Part shown: positions 10,523 to 19,688 of the stretch, in pieces | Layout: every line of letters begins with the position of its first letter | Position numbering within the stretch: the stretch's first letter is position 1 | Assembly: GCA_040403475.1 (NCBI GenBank) | Contig: JBBAKO010000014.1 | Span: 4,916-68,915, forward strand | Reading direction: 5' to 3' | Source of the DNA: Algoriphagus sp. | GTDB lineage: Bacteria > Bacteroidota > Bacteroidia > Cytophagales > Cyclobacteriaceae | DNA length: 64,000 nt | Notes under the pieces: generated by a model | The model's input: only the letters and a program-made list of their open reading frames with translations | Databases searched by the model: none | Told to the model about the DNA's origin: nothing | Made by a program: the position numbers and the translations under genes

Positions 10523-11419
10523 TTACTTCCTGGGGTGAAACTCCGTTAGCACCTGTCTAAGGTAATCTCGATCCAAGTGGGTGTAGATCTCTGTGGTGGT
10601 GATGCTTTCATGGCCAAGCATTTCTTGTACGGCGCGCAAGTCTGCCCCTCCCTCGATGAGGTGTGTGGCAAAGGAATGCCGAAAAGTATGGGGGCTGATG
10701 TTTTTTTGAATCCCTGCTTGCGCTGCAGTTTTCTTGATGATCAAAAACACCATCACACGGGTTAATTTTTGTCCCCGACGATTGAGAAAGACAAACTCCT
10801 CTTGCCCTTTGGCAGGGACTTGCTGCGAGCGGACATGCTCGTCGTACAACTTGAGGTAATGCAATGCAGCTCGTCCCACCGGCACGAGCCTCTCCTTGTT
10901 GCCTTTTCCCACTACCTTCAAAAAGCTCACATCTGCAAAAATTTGACTCTTTTTGAGTTCCACCAACTCACTAACGCGCAAGCCCGAACTATAGAGCATT
11001 TCGAGCATGGCCCTATTGCGGTGACCCTCTGACTCGCCTAGCGGAATCGCTGCAAGCAAGGTTTCTATCTCATCAAAGCTGAGTGTATCGGGTAGTTTTC
11101 TTCCCAATTTGGGAGCCTCTAAGAGTTGCGCAGGATCCTCTTTAATTTGGTCCTCATACATCAAGAATCGGTAAAAGGCCTTGATCCCGGAGATGTTTCT
11201 TGCTTGGGAGTAGGGAGAAATTTCCAATTTGGCAAGGGCAGTTACAAACTTTCGTAGGTGTTCAAGCTCCAGCTCAAGAGGACTCTTGGATGGAAATTCT
11301 TTGCCTGCATAATCCGCAAGTTTCTCCACATCCCGAGTATAGGCCTCAATGGAGTTGGCACTCAAGGAACGCTCAAGGGTGAGGTAATGACGAAATTGAC
11401 GAATTAGTTGAGGCCACAT
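10523..11419 (-). CDS. xerD: Site-specific tyrosine recombinase XerD
   Basis: LYSSGLRVSEL, GKGNKERLVP, HTFRHSFATHL, LGHESITTTEIYTH. Confidence 0.93.
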   Translation of the reverse strand: MWPQLIRQFRHYLTLERSLSANSIEAYTRDVEKLADYAGKEFPSKSPLELELEHLRKFVTALAKLEISPYSQARNISGIKAFYRFLMYEDQIKEDPAQLLEAPKLGRKLPDTLSFDEIETLLAAIPLGESEGHRNRAMLEMLYSSGLRVSELVELKKSQIFADVSFLKVVGKGNKERLVPVGRAALHYLKLYDEHVRSQQVPAKGQEEFVFLNRRGQKLTRVMVFLIIKKTAAQAGIQKNISPHTFRHSFATHLIEGGADLRAVQEMLGHESITTTEIYTHLDRDYLRQVLTEFHPRK

Positions 11420-11541
11420 GCGTAGTAAAATAAATGTTTAAAGTTACGCCTAAAACCTATTCCAAATCACTAGGATGAAGGATGAATTGAACTCAAGAAA
11501 TTGAAAATAACTTGTGAAAAAAAAAATAAAGTGCGGCTTGG

Positions 11542-11889
11542 CTATGATCTAGACTGCATCTTTAGGGGGTTCATTTTTGTTGGAAAAAAGTCAATTACTG
11601 TCACTTTGGTTTCTAATTGGTCAATAAAAAATATGATTTTTAATTCAAATTGATCACCAGATTTGTAAATCAAAAAACGAACCTCTTCACCTTCCCTGGT
11701 AAGTGACTTTTCAAGAGCTCCCCTGTAGGGCATTAACTTTAATGAATTTACTTTTTCAAATAGCTCATCCACAATTTTTACTACCCTATGTGGGTGAAAG
11801 TAATTTTCTAAGTAAGGAAAAATTTCTTGCTTGAATCTTAACAGGCATGAATCAGTTAGGATTAAACCCAACCTTTTTCCTTCATCCAT
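11542..11889 (-). CDS. Type II toxin, RelE/ParE family
   Basis: 115 aa, L..MPYRG and KIIF..IDFFPTKMNP pattern; overlaps the small upstream gene. Confidence 0.65.
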   Translation of the reverse strand: MDEGKRLGLILTDSCLLRFKQEIFPYLENYFHPHRVVKIVDELFEKVNSLKLMPYRGALEKSLTREGEEVRFLIYKSGDQFELKIIFFIDQLETKVTVIDFFPTKMNPLKMQSRS

Positions 11890-12077
11890 GCCTCATTCAT
11901 TTGCTTGAATTCTTCCAATGTGTGTACTCTTCCAGCTTTAATGTCTTCCATAGATTCCTCCATCCTTTGCTTCATTTCTTCTTCAATGATGGATTCCTCA
12001 ATTTTCTTCAGGCTAGCCGATTTTTCAATTTTCATTACCCGTTTAATTAATTCTAGTTTCCTTTTTTCTATCGTCAT
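11862..12077 (-). CDS. Putative antitoxin (addiction-module component)
   Basis: 71-aa charged protein with the motif ESMEDIKAGRVHTLEEF, directly upstream of the RelE/ParE-like gene. Confidence 0.65.
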   Translation of the reverse strand: MTIEKRKLELIKRVMKIEKSASLKKIEESIIEEEMKQRMEESMEDIKAGRVHTLEEFKQMNEAWMKEKGWV

Positions 12078-12142
12078 GGCTGTTTTACGATGAGTCCTTA
12101 CGAAGTTAACAGAATAGGGGAAAAAAGAGGCAGAGATCCAAT

Positions 12143-12176
12143 AAAAAAAGGGTTCAACTTATTGAACCCTTTTTTT
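12143..12176. terminator. Intrinsic terminator downstream of the DUF885 gene
   Basis: A7-GGGTTCAA-ctta-TTGAACCC-T7. Confidence 0.8.
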
Positions 12177-12210
12177 GAAATTTTTCCACTAGATCTAGTC
12201 CTAACCAGAC

Positions 12211-13893
12211 TTAATCCAAAAACTTCCAGCTTGCCCGATGGTCCTTGGAAAGTGTCTTGCCTGTTACTTTCGCACGAAGAATTTCGATTGGCATGGCGTT
12301 CTGCGTAAGAATCAAATCGTGAAAGGTTTTCTCAGGCATTTTTCCCGAGTCCACCATCTCCTTGCGAAGTGCATAGATCTCTAGTGCTCCGATCATGTAG
12401 GCGATTTGGTACAAGGGTCCATAGCTTCCCTCAAAAGACCTTCGCACCTCGGCCTCGGCATTGGCTGATTCATGGCCTACGCGATTAACGAGCAAATCGA
12501 TGCATTGCTGGGGGGTCATTTTCCCCAAATGGTAGTTGAGCGAAAAGATGATCCGCGCAGCGCGGTGCATTCGCCAAAAGAGCATGCCCACCTTGTCCTT
12601 GGCGTCACGGGGGAATTGCCGATCCCAAAGTACAAATTCCCAATACAAAGCCCAGCCCTCAGTCCAGAATGGCGTGCCAAAAGGTCGGCGGTGGGTCATG
12701 TAGCGCTGGTTCATAAATTGCTGGAGGTGGTGCCCAGGAATCAATTCATGCTGTATGGTAGCTCTAGAAAAATGCGGGTTATTGCCACGCATGGACATCA
12801 TTTTATCCTCGTGACTCATTTCAGAAGTAGGATAAGCGATTTGGATAACCTCTCCCCCCAAGAAAAATGGGCTTACGCGCTGCCGCTCAGCTGAGATCAT
12901 GCTCGTTCTCCAGGTTTCGATCGCTAGCGGCGGCACCGTCAACCAGTCATTTTTGACCATCAAGTCAATGGCCTCGTCACCCAAGCGAACCACCTCCTGT
13001 GGCCAAGCGCCAGCGGGTAGGTAGGTGTTTTTCACTAGTTCTAGGGCTGCTTTCCAATCATTGCCAAAACCTAGTTCATTCGAGGCCTTGAGCATCTCTT
13101 TCTCGCACCATGCAAACTGCTTTTCGGCTTCTGCTATCAATTCCTCTGGCGTGTAAGCAATCATTTCAAATGCCAATTGCTTTTCAAGGGCCTCTCTTCC
13201 GATAGGTTTGCCGATGATGCCACTGCCATCGTCTTTTACGGAATTAGTATAATGGGCACGCAAGGCTTTCGCATAGGTTTTCATGCCTGCATCCAATTTT
13301 TCCCAAGGGGTAGGCATCCACCAGGTAAATGCGGGATCAAAGTCAAAATAAAAGTCATAGGACTCCTTGACCACTTTGGCCAAGCTTTCCACTGCTAAAG
13401 CGGCCAATTCTGCTTTTTGCCATGAATCGTATTTGGAACTCGAAGCAAGTGCCTTTTGCTGGGCATCCAAAGCTTGGGCCACTTGGTTCCATTGAGCCGC
13501 CAAGGCCTGTGCATCAGGTTGAACGGCCCTGCGTCGGCCCACTACAAAGGCTTCCAAAGGCTTTCCAAAGGCAACTACCGATTGTACTTGCATGAAATCA
13601 CGCTTTTCCAAGTCGAGTTCCGCCAATTGCTTTTCAAGGTAGTTTCTAAAAAGAACGTAATCCACCTTCCCATCCTCAGAAAGCGTAGCATAGTTTTGGG
13701 CTTGTAGGGTCTTCAAATAGTCTCGGTTGAAGGACTCCATTCGTGAAAAGTATTCACCCGAAAGGCGATTTGTGTACAAGCGGGTGAGGGCTCCACGATC
13801 TGCTTGATAGGTTTGGATCAAGTTGACAAGCTCGGTGGCATTTGCCACTAACGAAAAGAGAGCTAGAGAAAGAAAAAGAACAAATTTTTTCAT
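12211..13893 (-). CDS. DUF885-family secreted protein (putative metallopeptidase)
   Basis: Signal peptide, HELIPGHHLQ, WTEGWALYWE, YQIAYMIG. Confidence 0.88.
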   Translation of the reverse strand: MKKFVLFLSLALFSLVANATELVNLIQTYQADRGALTRLYTNRLSGEYFSRMESFNRDYLKTLQAQNYATLSEDGKVDYVLFRNYLEKQLAELDLEKRDFMQVQSVVAFGKPLEAFVVGRRRAVQPDAQALAAQWNQVAQALDAQQKALASSSKYDSWQKAELAALAVESLAKVVKESYDFYFDFDPAFTWWMPTPWEKLDAGMKTYAKALRAHYTNSVKDDGSGIIGKPIGREALEKQLAFEMIAYTPEELIAEAEKQFAWCEKEMLKASNELGFGNDWKAALELVKNTYLPAGAWPQEVVRLGDEAIDLMVKNDWLTVPPLAIETWRTSMISAERQRVSPFFLGGEVIQIAYPTSEMSHEDKMMSMRGNNPHFSRATIQHELIPGHHLQQFMNQRYMTHRRPFGTPFWTEGWALYWEFVLWDRQFPRDAKDKVGMLFWRMHRAARIIFSLNYHLGKMTPQQCIDLLVNRVGHESANAEAEVRRSFEGSYGPLYQIAYMIGALEIYALRKEMVDSGKMPEKTFHDLILTQNAMPIEILRAKVTGKTLSKDHRASWKFLD

Positions 13894-13983
13894 GGCTTAA
13901 GATTTTGGGTAAAAATTACCTGTCAGAAACATAGAAAATCTTTACCGAAATGCCTAACTGATTTATAGGACCTGCACATTTTA

Positions 13984-14397
13984 GAAAACCACAAAGGCAC
14001 ATAGGTTTTTTAGGCGGTTCTACGGTGGAGAAACTAGAAAGAAAACCAAGAAAAGAAAAACCACATAGACACAATAGGTTTATATAGTCCTGAAAAAGTC
14101 AAGGTACCGCTAACAAGTCAAGGCCTTTTTTCTATGTGCCTCCTATGTGGTTATTTTCTATGTGTGGTTTTTCCTTAGTGATTTAACTTATTTTATCTGG
14201 CCAATGAAATTTGAAAAACCACATAGACACAATAGGTTTTGTTGGCACCCATAAACCAAGTTTACTGCTAGGCTGCCAAGACTCTTTCTCTTTTTTCTAT
14301 GTGCCTCCTATGTGGTTATTTTCTTTTTGCTGATGTGGTATTATTCTTACGGGGCTTCGTTATTCCTTTCCATGTGTCTATATTTTCTTAGTGGTTT
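13984..14397. repeat. Cluster of inverted-repeat doublets downstream of the GxxExxY gene
   Basis: GAAAAACCACATAGACACAATAGGTTT at 14055 and 14213; TTTTTTCTATGTGCCTCCTATGTGGTTATTTTCT at 14126 and 14291; degenerate copies near 13984 and 14370. Confidence 0.85.
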
Positions 14398-14809
14398 ACT
14401 CTGGTAAAGAACCGAAATGCTTACTTACAAAGGTTTTTTGCCCATGGCTGAATAGATTAATCACATTAAAATTCAATAAAATTCCTTTCGGAGCCTGCAG
14501 GATGTTCATGTAATTGATCAGCTGAGCATGGTGGATTGGTAAAACCTCAGAGACTGCTTTCAGCTCTATCACCAACAGATTTTCAATAAAAAAATCACAT
14601 TTGAGATGGCCCTGAACCCAATGCCCCTTGTACAAAATGGGAATTTCTACCTCTTGCTGAAAGTTAATGCCTCGTTCCAACAGCTCAATTGCAAAACATT
14701 TTTGGTATATGCTCTCCAACAAACCAGGCCCAAGGTGCTTATGTACCTCTATTGCCGCCCCAACCACCTTAAATGGAAATGCATTGACTTCTTTCCTTGT
14801 ATTATCCAT
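14396..14809 (-). CDS. GxxExxY protein (PD-(D/E)XK nuclease-like)
   Basis: VHKHLGPGLLESIY, D..IE..IELKAV, AQLINY, GILLNF. Confidence 0.92.
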   Translation of the reverse strand: MDNTRKEVNAFPFKVVGAAIEVHKHLGPGLLESIYQKCFAIELLERGINFQQEVEIPILYKGHWVQGHLKCDFFIENLLVIELKAVSEVLPIHHAQLINYMNILQAPKGILLNFNVINLFSHGQKTFVSKHFGSLPE

Positions 14810-14903
14810 TAGGTTTAAAAAATTAGCTGAAAAAAAGAATACTGATCTTGGATTTAATCTACACTGAAATAGCGGATAAATAGTAATCCTACTAGTAAAA
14901 TCA

Positions 14904-15761
14904 TCATCTAATTGCTCGCGGAGTCATCCCAGCAATTCGCTTAAAGCTCCGATTGAAGTAGGACAAATTTTCAAACCCTACCCGGTACGCAATTTCTGAA
15001 ATACTTAAATCAGTTTCTTGCCGTAGTTTTTGGGCTTCATTGATCCGTAAATGCAATACGTAGTCGGTAAAGGTCTTTCGAGTACGCAACTTGAAAAATC
15101 TGCAAAATGCCTCCTTGGTCAAGTTTGCTTCTGCCGCCACCTCAGCCAAGGTGATTTTTTGAAAGCGGTGAGCCAGCACATACTGCATTACCCGATCCAT
15201 CCGGCTTCCATCCTTTTCAGAAAGTCCCAACAACCTGCCCCCTCGATTGAGCTGCTGCAACGAACTTCCAGCTTGCTCGAGAAAGTACAATAGCCCAATC
15301 GCCACCTGAAACCGATGGAGACCCTGCGTACCTCCAAACTGATCCACGGCCTCCTTGATCTTTGAAGCAGATTCCCCATGCAGCTGAAAGCACAGCCCAG
15401 AAAATTCCCGAAACCTTCTCAGAGAATGTAACTCTTCTAACGGGAGTAAGCCATTTTCAAGTACCTCAAAATCAAAAAAAATGGTATTCCCTGCCACTGC
15501 TAGCTTCGGATTCCCCTCAAAGTAGGTGGCATCACTTCGAAAAACATGAGGGGCATTCTCACCCAAAAAAAACACATCTCCTGGCTGAAATCTCCCTACA
15601 TAATCCCCACTCAAAAATTGTCCACTTCCCTCCACAATGACGGTCAACTGCCACTGCGGATGCTGGTGCAACTTGTCGTAAAAATGAGGGCCCCTATCCT
15701 CCTGGTAACGCACAAATTCGCGACTGGACTTAGGAATTTGGAAGGAAATGATTTTTTCCAC
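14904..15761 (-). CDS. AraC-family transcriptional regulator, likely of hydroxyproline catabolism
   Basis: N-terminal cupin (LHQHPQWQL) and C-terminal HTH (ISEIAYRVGFENLSYFNRSFK); divergent from the catabolic cluster. Confidence 0.92.
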   Translation of the reverse strand: MEKIISFQIPKSSREFVRYQEDRGPHFYDKLHQHPQWQLTVIVEGSGQFLSGDYVGRFQPGDVFFLGENAPHVFRSDATYFEGNPKLAVAGNTIFFDFEVLENGLLPLEELHSLRRFREFSGLCFQLHGESASKIKEAVDQFGGTQGLHRFQVAIGLLYFLEQAGSSLQQLNRGGRLLGLSEKDGSRMDRVMQYVLAHRFQKITLAEVAAEANLTKEAFCRFFKLRTRKTFTDYVLHLRINEAQKLRQETDLSISEIAYRVGFENLSYFNRSFKRIAGMTPRAIR

Positions 15762-15929
15762 AAGAGTAGTTTTGGTATAGTATTACATCAAAAATTGTTC
15801 AATTGACTAATTATTGATCAATATAGTATTAAAATGAATTAATCCAGGAACAGAATTTTTTATTGGTCTTGCTTAGATTTGAGAAACAAAAATTTCAACC
15901 CAGCCAGCTTTGGCTAAAATCGACCCCTT

Positions 15930-16820
15930 ATGAACTGGAAAGGCGTATTTCCCGCAGTAACCACCAAATTTCATGAAGACGGCAGTCTAGACATGAACCT
16001 GTTTTTTAAGAACCTAGACTTCCAATTGGCCAGTGGCGTACACGGAATCATTTTGGGGGGAACCTTGGGCGAAAGCTCTGTGCTCTCCCAAGAAGAAAAA
16101 ATCACATTGACCCGAGAAACGGTTAACTACATCAACGGCAGAGTGCCTGTAGTACTAAATATCGCCGAAGGAGCTACCAAAGACGCACTTTTTTGGGCCA
16201 AAAAAGCGGAAGAGCTCGGTGCTTCTGGCTTGATGATTCTTCCTCCCATGCGCTATGGTGCGGACCCACGTGAAGTGGTCACCTACTTCAAAACAGTAGC
16301 GCAATCCACATCCTTGCCAATGATGATCTACAATAACCCTGTGGATTACAAAACCCTAGTGACAATCGACATGTTTGCCGAGCTAGCAGACTGCCCCAAC
16401 ATCCAAGCTATCAAAGAATCTACCCGTGACATCTCCAATGTCACCCGCATGTTCAACCGATTTGGAGATCGATTCCAGATTCTTTGCGGTGTAGATACCC
16501 TAGCACTTGAAGAATTGTTGATGGGTGCCGTAGGCTGGGTAGCAGGATTGGTTTGTGCGTTCCCGAAGGAAACTGTCGTGATTTACAACTTGGTTCAGGA
16601 AGGGAAAATTGAGGAGGCACGGGATATTTACCGATGGTTTTTGCCGCTTTTGGAACTCGATATCCACCCCAAACTGGTTCAGTACATCAAGCTTGCAGAA
16701 CAGCATTGCGGCATTGGTTCCGAACATGTGCGTGCTCCACGCTTGACCTTGATTGGTGAGGAGCGAACACGAATTGAAAAAATAATCACGGACGGAATTA
16801 AAAATCGGCCAAAATTGTAA
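15930..16820 (+). CDS. DapA-like lyase, probable delta1-pyrroline-4-hydroxy-2-carboxylate deaminase
   Basis: GGTLGES, YNNP and IKES Schiff-base motifs; sits next to a proline-racemase-family gene. Confidence 0.85.
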   Translation: MNWKGVFPAVTTKFHEDGSLDMNLFFKNLDFQLASGVHGIILGGTLGESSVLSQEEKITLTRETVNYINGRVPVVLNIAEGATKDALFWAKKAEELGASGLMILPPMRYGADPREVVTYFKTVAQSTSLPMMIYNNPVDYKTLVTIDMFAELADCPNIQAIKESTRDISNVTRMFNRFGDRFQILCGVDTLALEELLMGAVGWVAGLVCAFPKETVVIYNLVQEGKIEEARDIYRWFLPLLELDIHPKLVQYIKLAEQHCGIGSEHVRAPRLTLIGEERTRIEKIITDGIKNRPKL

Positions 16821-16827
16821 AAAAATA

Positions 16828-16982
16828 GTGTGGAAATATAGAAATGAAATAAAGTGGAAATAGGGTAGAAATACACTTCGCTTCACTCCGTAAAATAGAA
16901 TTGAAATACTGACTGAATTCGCTATTTCCACTGTATTTCAACCATATTTCCACACTATTTCGATCGTATTTCAACTGTATCT
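16828..16982. repeat. GAAATA/TATTTC short-period inverted repeat tract
   Basis: Left arm of GAAATA units and right arm of TATTTC units spaced ~11 bp; same family as 18449-18592. Confidence 0.75.
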
Positions 16983-17006
16983 CTTACCTAATTTATCCAA
17001 TCAACC

Positions 17007-18455
17007 ATGACTTTCGATCCCATTTTTCAAGCAGCCCAAACCGCTTTTCTAGATTATAAAAATCTGTCTGGCAAGGAAAAAGGACATTTTTTGGAGACCC
17101 TAGCTGAGATTTTGGAATCCAATCGAGCAGCCATAGTTCCCCTGGCCGTGCGAGAGTCCAACCTTCCCGAAGGACGAATCAACGGGGAGTTGGGGAGAAC
17201 TACCGGACAAATTCGGCTGTTTGCTAATTTGGTAAAGGAAGGTTCCTGGGTAGAAGCCACGATCGATCCGGCAATGCCTGACCGTAGCCCGCTGCCTCGA
17301 GCAGATATCCGCCGCATCCTTACTCCATTGGGTCCTGTGGTCGTCTTTGGAGCGAGCAATTTTCCACTTGCTTTTTCCACAGCGGGAGGAGATACAATTT
17401 CGGCCTTGGCCGCAGGCTGCCCGGTAATCTACAAAGCACACCCCGCACATCCAGAAACCTCCAGAAAAGTGGCTGAGTGCATCCAGCAGGCCCTGTCGGC
17501 ATGTGGGCTGCCTTCCGCCATCTTTACACATGTTGAGGGAGGAATTGCCGAAGGCCAAGCATTGGTTAAGCATCCCCTAGCGAAAGCGCTGGCATTTACA
17601 GGTTCACATGCTGGAGGCATGGCCTTATTCCACCTCGCCAACCAGCGTGAAGTGCCCATTCCAGTATTTGCAGAAATGGGATCAGTCAACCCAATTTTCT
17701 GCTTCCCTCAAAAATTGGAAAAAGAAAATGATGCTTTGGCAAAAGCATTTGTAGCTTCGCTGACCTTGGGAGCAGGACAATTCTGCACCAATCCAGGCCT
17801 CATCTTTGTTCCCGAAAAACAGGCGCAAAACTTTGAACTAGCAATTGCCGCTGAACTCCATGCGATTGCCGCTGCTCCCATGCTTCATGAGGGCATTGCA
17901 AAGGCCTATTACGATTCCATCCAAGCACTTGAAGCACGCAACGAACTCCGCTGGGTAAAAGTAGCAGATCCAAAGCATCTGATTAATGGAAGTCCTGCCT
18001 TGGCAGAAATCAAGGCTGCAGACTGGCTAAAGCATCCGCTTTTCCACCAAGAAGTGTTTGGAGCATTTGGGCTTATGGTCGTTTACCGCGACCATGTAGA
18101 ACTTCTGGACATCGCCCAGCAACTTGAAGGGCAGCTGACCATCACGGTTTGGGCAGAGTTGGAAGAACTTAAAAATAACCTTAAGCTAGTCAACTTACTT
18201 CAGGAAAAATGTGGGCGACTGCTTTTCAAGGGAGCACCCACTGGAGTAGAAGTAGGGCATGCCATGCAGCATGGGGGACCTTTTCCCTCTACTACTGCGA
18301 GCCAGACCACTTCTGTTGGCAGCTATGCCATCAAACGCTTTGCCAGGCCCATCGCCTTCCAAGATATGCCCCAAGAACTACTCCCCGAAGCCTTGATAGA
18401 TGCCAATCCACTTGGAATTTGGAGAACGGTGAATGGGATTGTAACTATGAAATAG
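17007..18455 (+). CDS. NADP-dependent aldehyde dehydrogenase (2,5-dioxovalerate / alpha-KGSA dehydrogenase-like)
   Basis: FGASNFPLAFSTAGGDT, FTGS, EMGSVNP, GQFCTNPG, HGGPFP. Confidence 0.9.
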   Translation: MTFDPIFQAAQTAFLDYKNLSGKEKGHFLETLAEILESNRAAIVPLAVRESNLPEGRINGELGRTTGQIRLFANLVKEGSWVEATIDPAMPDRSPLPRADIRRILTPLGPVVVFGASNFPLAFSTAGGDTISALAAGCPVIYKAHPAHPETSRKVAECIQQALSACGLPSAIFTHVEGGIAEGQALVKHPLAKALAFTGSHAGGMALFHLANQREVPIPVFAEMGSVNPIFCFPQKLEKENDALAKAFVASLTLGAGQFCTNPGLIFVPEKQAQNFELAIAAELHAIAAAPMLHEGIAKAYYDSIQALEARNELRWVKVADPKHLINGSPALAEIKAADWLKHPLFHQEVFGAFGLMVVYRDHVELLDIAQQLEGQLTITVWAELEELKNNLKLVNLLQEKCGRLLFKGAPTGVEVGHAMQHGGPFPSTTASQTTSVGSYAIKRFARPIAFQDMPQELLPEALIDANPLGIWRTVNGIVTMK

Positions 18456-18592
18456 GGTGGAAATAAAGTAGAAATAAACCGAGCAGGTAGGCTCGGTGAA
18501 ATATAAACACGAATTGCTATTTCACTGAGCGAGGCGGCCCGCCGCGGCGGGTATTTCTACCTTATTTCCACCTTATTTCCATTGTATTTCAT
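18449..18592. repeat. GAAATA/TATTTC inverted repeat tract with embedded GC-rich palindromes
   Basis: GAAATAGGGTGGAAATAAAGTAGAAATA ... TATTTCTACCTTATTTCCACCTTATTTCC; encloses CCGAGC..GCTCGG and CCCGCCGCGGCGGG. Confidence 0.75.
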
Positions 18593-18616
18593 TTTATCCT
18601 TCTCCCCCACAAAAAA

Positions 18617-19621
18617 ATGCCATCACGCCATACCTTCTCTTGCATCGACGCACACACCTGTGGCAATCCCGTTCGGGTAGTTTCGGGTGGGGTTCCTTTT
18701 CTAAAAGGAAACAACATGTTGGAAAAACGACAGTATTTTCTAGATAACTTGGATTGGATTCGAACAGGATTAATGTTTGAACCGAGAGGCCACGACATGA
18801 TGTCTGGCTCAATGCTGTTCCCTCCTCACGACCCTGAAAATGATTTTGCTATACTTTTCATCGAAACCTCAGGCTGTCTTCCCATGTGCGGACACGGTAC
18901 CATTGGCACGATCACCATTGCGATCGAAGAAGGGTTGATTCACCCGAAGACCCCTGGTTTCTTGCGGATGGAAGCACCTGCAGGTCTAGTGCTGGTGGAA
19001 TACACCCAAGTAGGCAAGAAGGTCACCTCCGTGAAGCTCACCAACGTCAAAAGCTTTTTGGCTGCAGAAAGCCTTGAAATCGAATCAGAGGAACTGGGCA
19101 AGCTTACCGTCGATGTGGCCTATGGGGGCAATTTTTATTGCATCGTAGATCCGCAGGAGAATTTTCCTGGCATCGAGCACTTCAAAGCGGAGCAGCTTAT
19201 CTCCATGGCTCGAAATCTTCGCCAAAAAATGAACGAGCTATACGACTTTGTCCACCCCGAGCAGGAACGCATTCGAGGACTGTCGCATGTGCTATGGACC
19301 GGAAAAACAATCGATCCAAGTAGCACGGCTAGAAACGCGGTGTTTTATGGCGACAAGGCCATTGACCGCTCCCCATGCGGCACGGGAACTTCCGCTAGAA
19401 TGGCACAGTGGTTTGCCAAGGGCTGGCTCAAGCGTGGAGATGAATTTATCCACGAAAGCTTTATCGGCTCCAAATTTATTGGCAGAATCGAGGAAGTAAC
19501 CGAAATTGCAGGCAAGCCAGCCATCGTCCCTAGCATCGAAGGCTGGGCAAAAGTGTACGGATACAACACCATCATCCTGGACGAGGACGATCCTTATGTC
19601 CATGGATTTCAAGTAATTTAA
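18617..19621 (+). CDS. 4-hydroxyproline 2-epimerase (proline racemase family)
   Basis: EPRGH plus the MCGH and DRSPCGTGTSA catalytic Cys pair. Confidence 0.92.
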   Translation: MPSRHTFSCIDAHTCGNPVRVVSGGVPFLKGNNMLEKRQYFLDNLDWIRTGLMFEPRGHDMMSGSMLFPPHDPENDFAILFIETSGCLPMCGHGTIGTITIAIEEGLIHPKTPGFLRMEAPAGLVLVEYTQVGKKVTSVKLTNVKSFLAAESLEIESEELGKLTVDVAYGGNFYCIVDPQENFPGIEHFKAEQLISMARNLRQKMNELYDFVHPEQERIRGLSHVLWTGKTIDPSSTARNAVFYGDKAIDRSPCGTGTSARMAQWFAKGWLKRGDEFIHESFIGSKFIGRIEEVTEIAGKPAIVPSIEGWAKVYGYNTIILDEDDPYVHGFQVI

Positions 19622-19627
19622 GAACCA

Positions 19628-19671
19628 AGAGCCAAGAAGCAAGAAAGTAGATTTTCTTGCTTCTTGGCTCT
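19628..19671. repeat. Perfect 19-bp-stem hairpin built from heptamer repeats
   Basis: AGAGCCAAGAAGCAAGAAA-gtagat-TTTCTTGCTTCTTGGCTCT. Confidence 0.8.
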
Positions 19672-19688
19672 AAAATCTAGCTTCTGTA

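Noticed and set aside
10523-11419. Tyrosine recombinase as a prophage or island integrase
   Set aside because: Length and motifs match housekeeping XerD, and no att sites or phage genes are visible.
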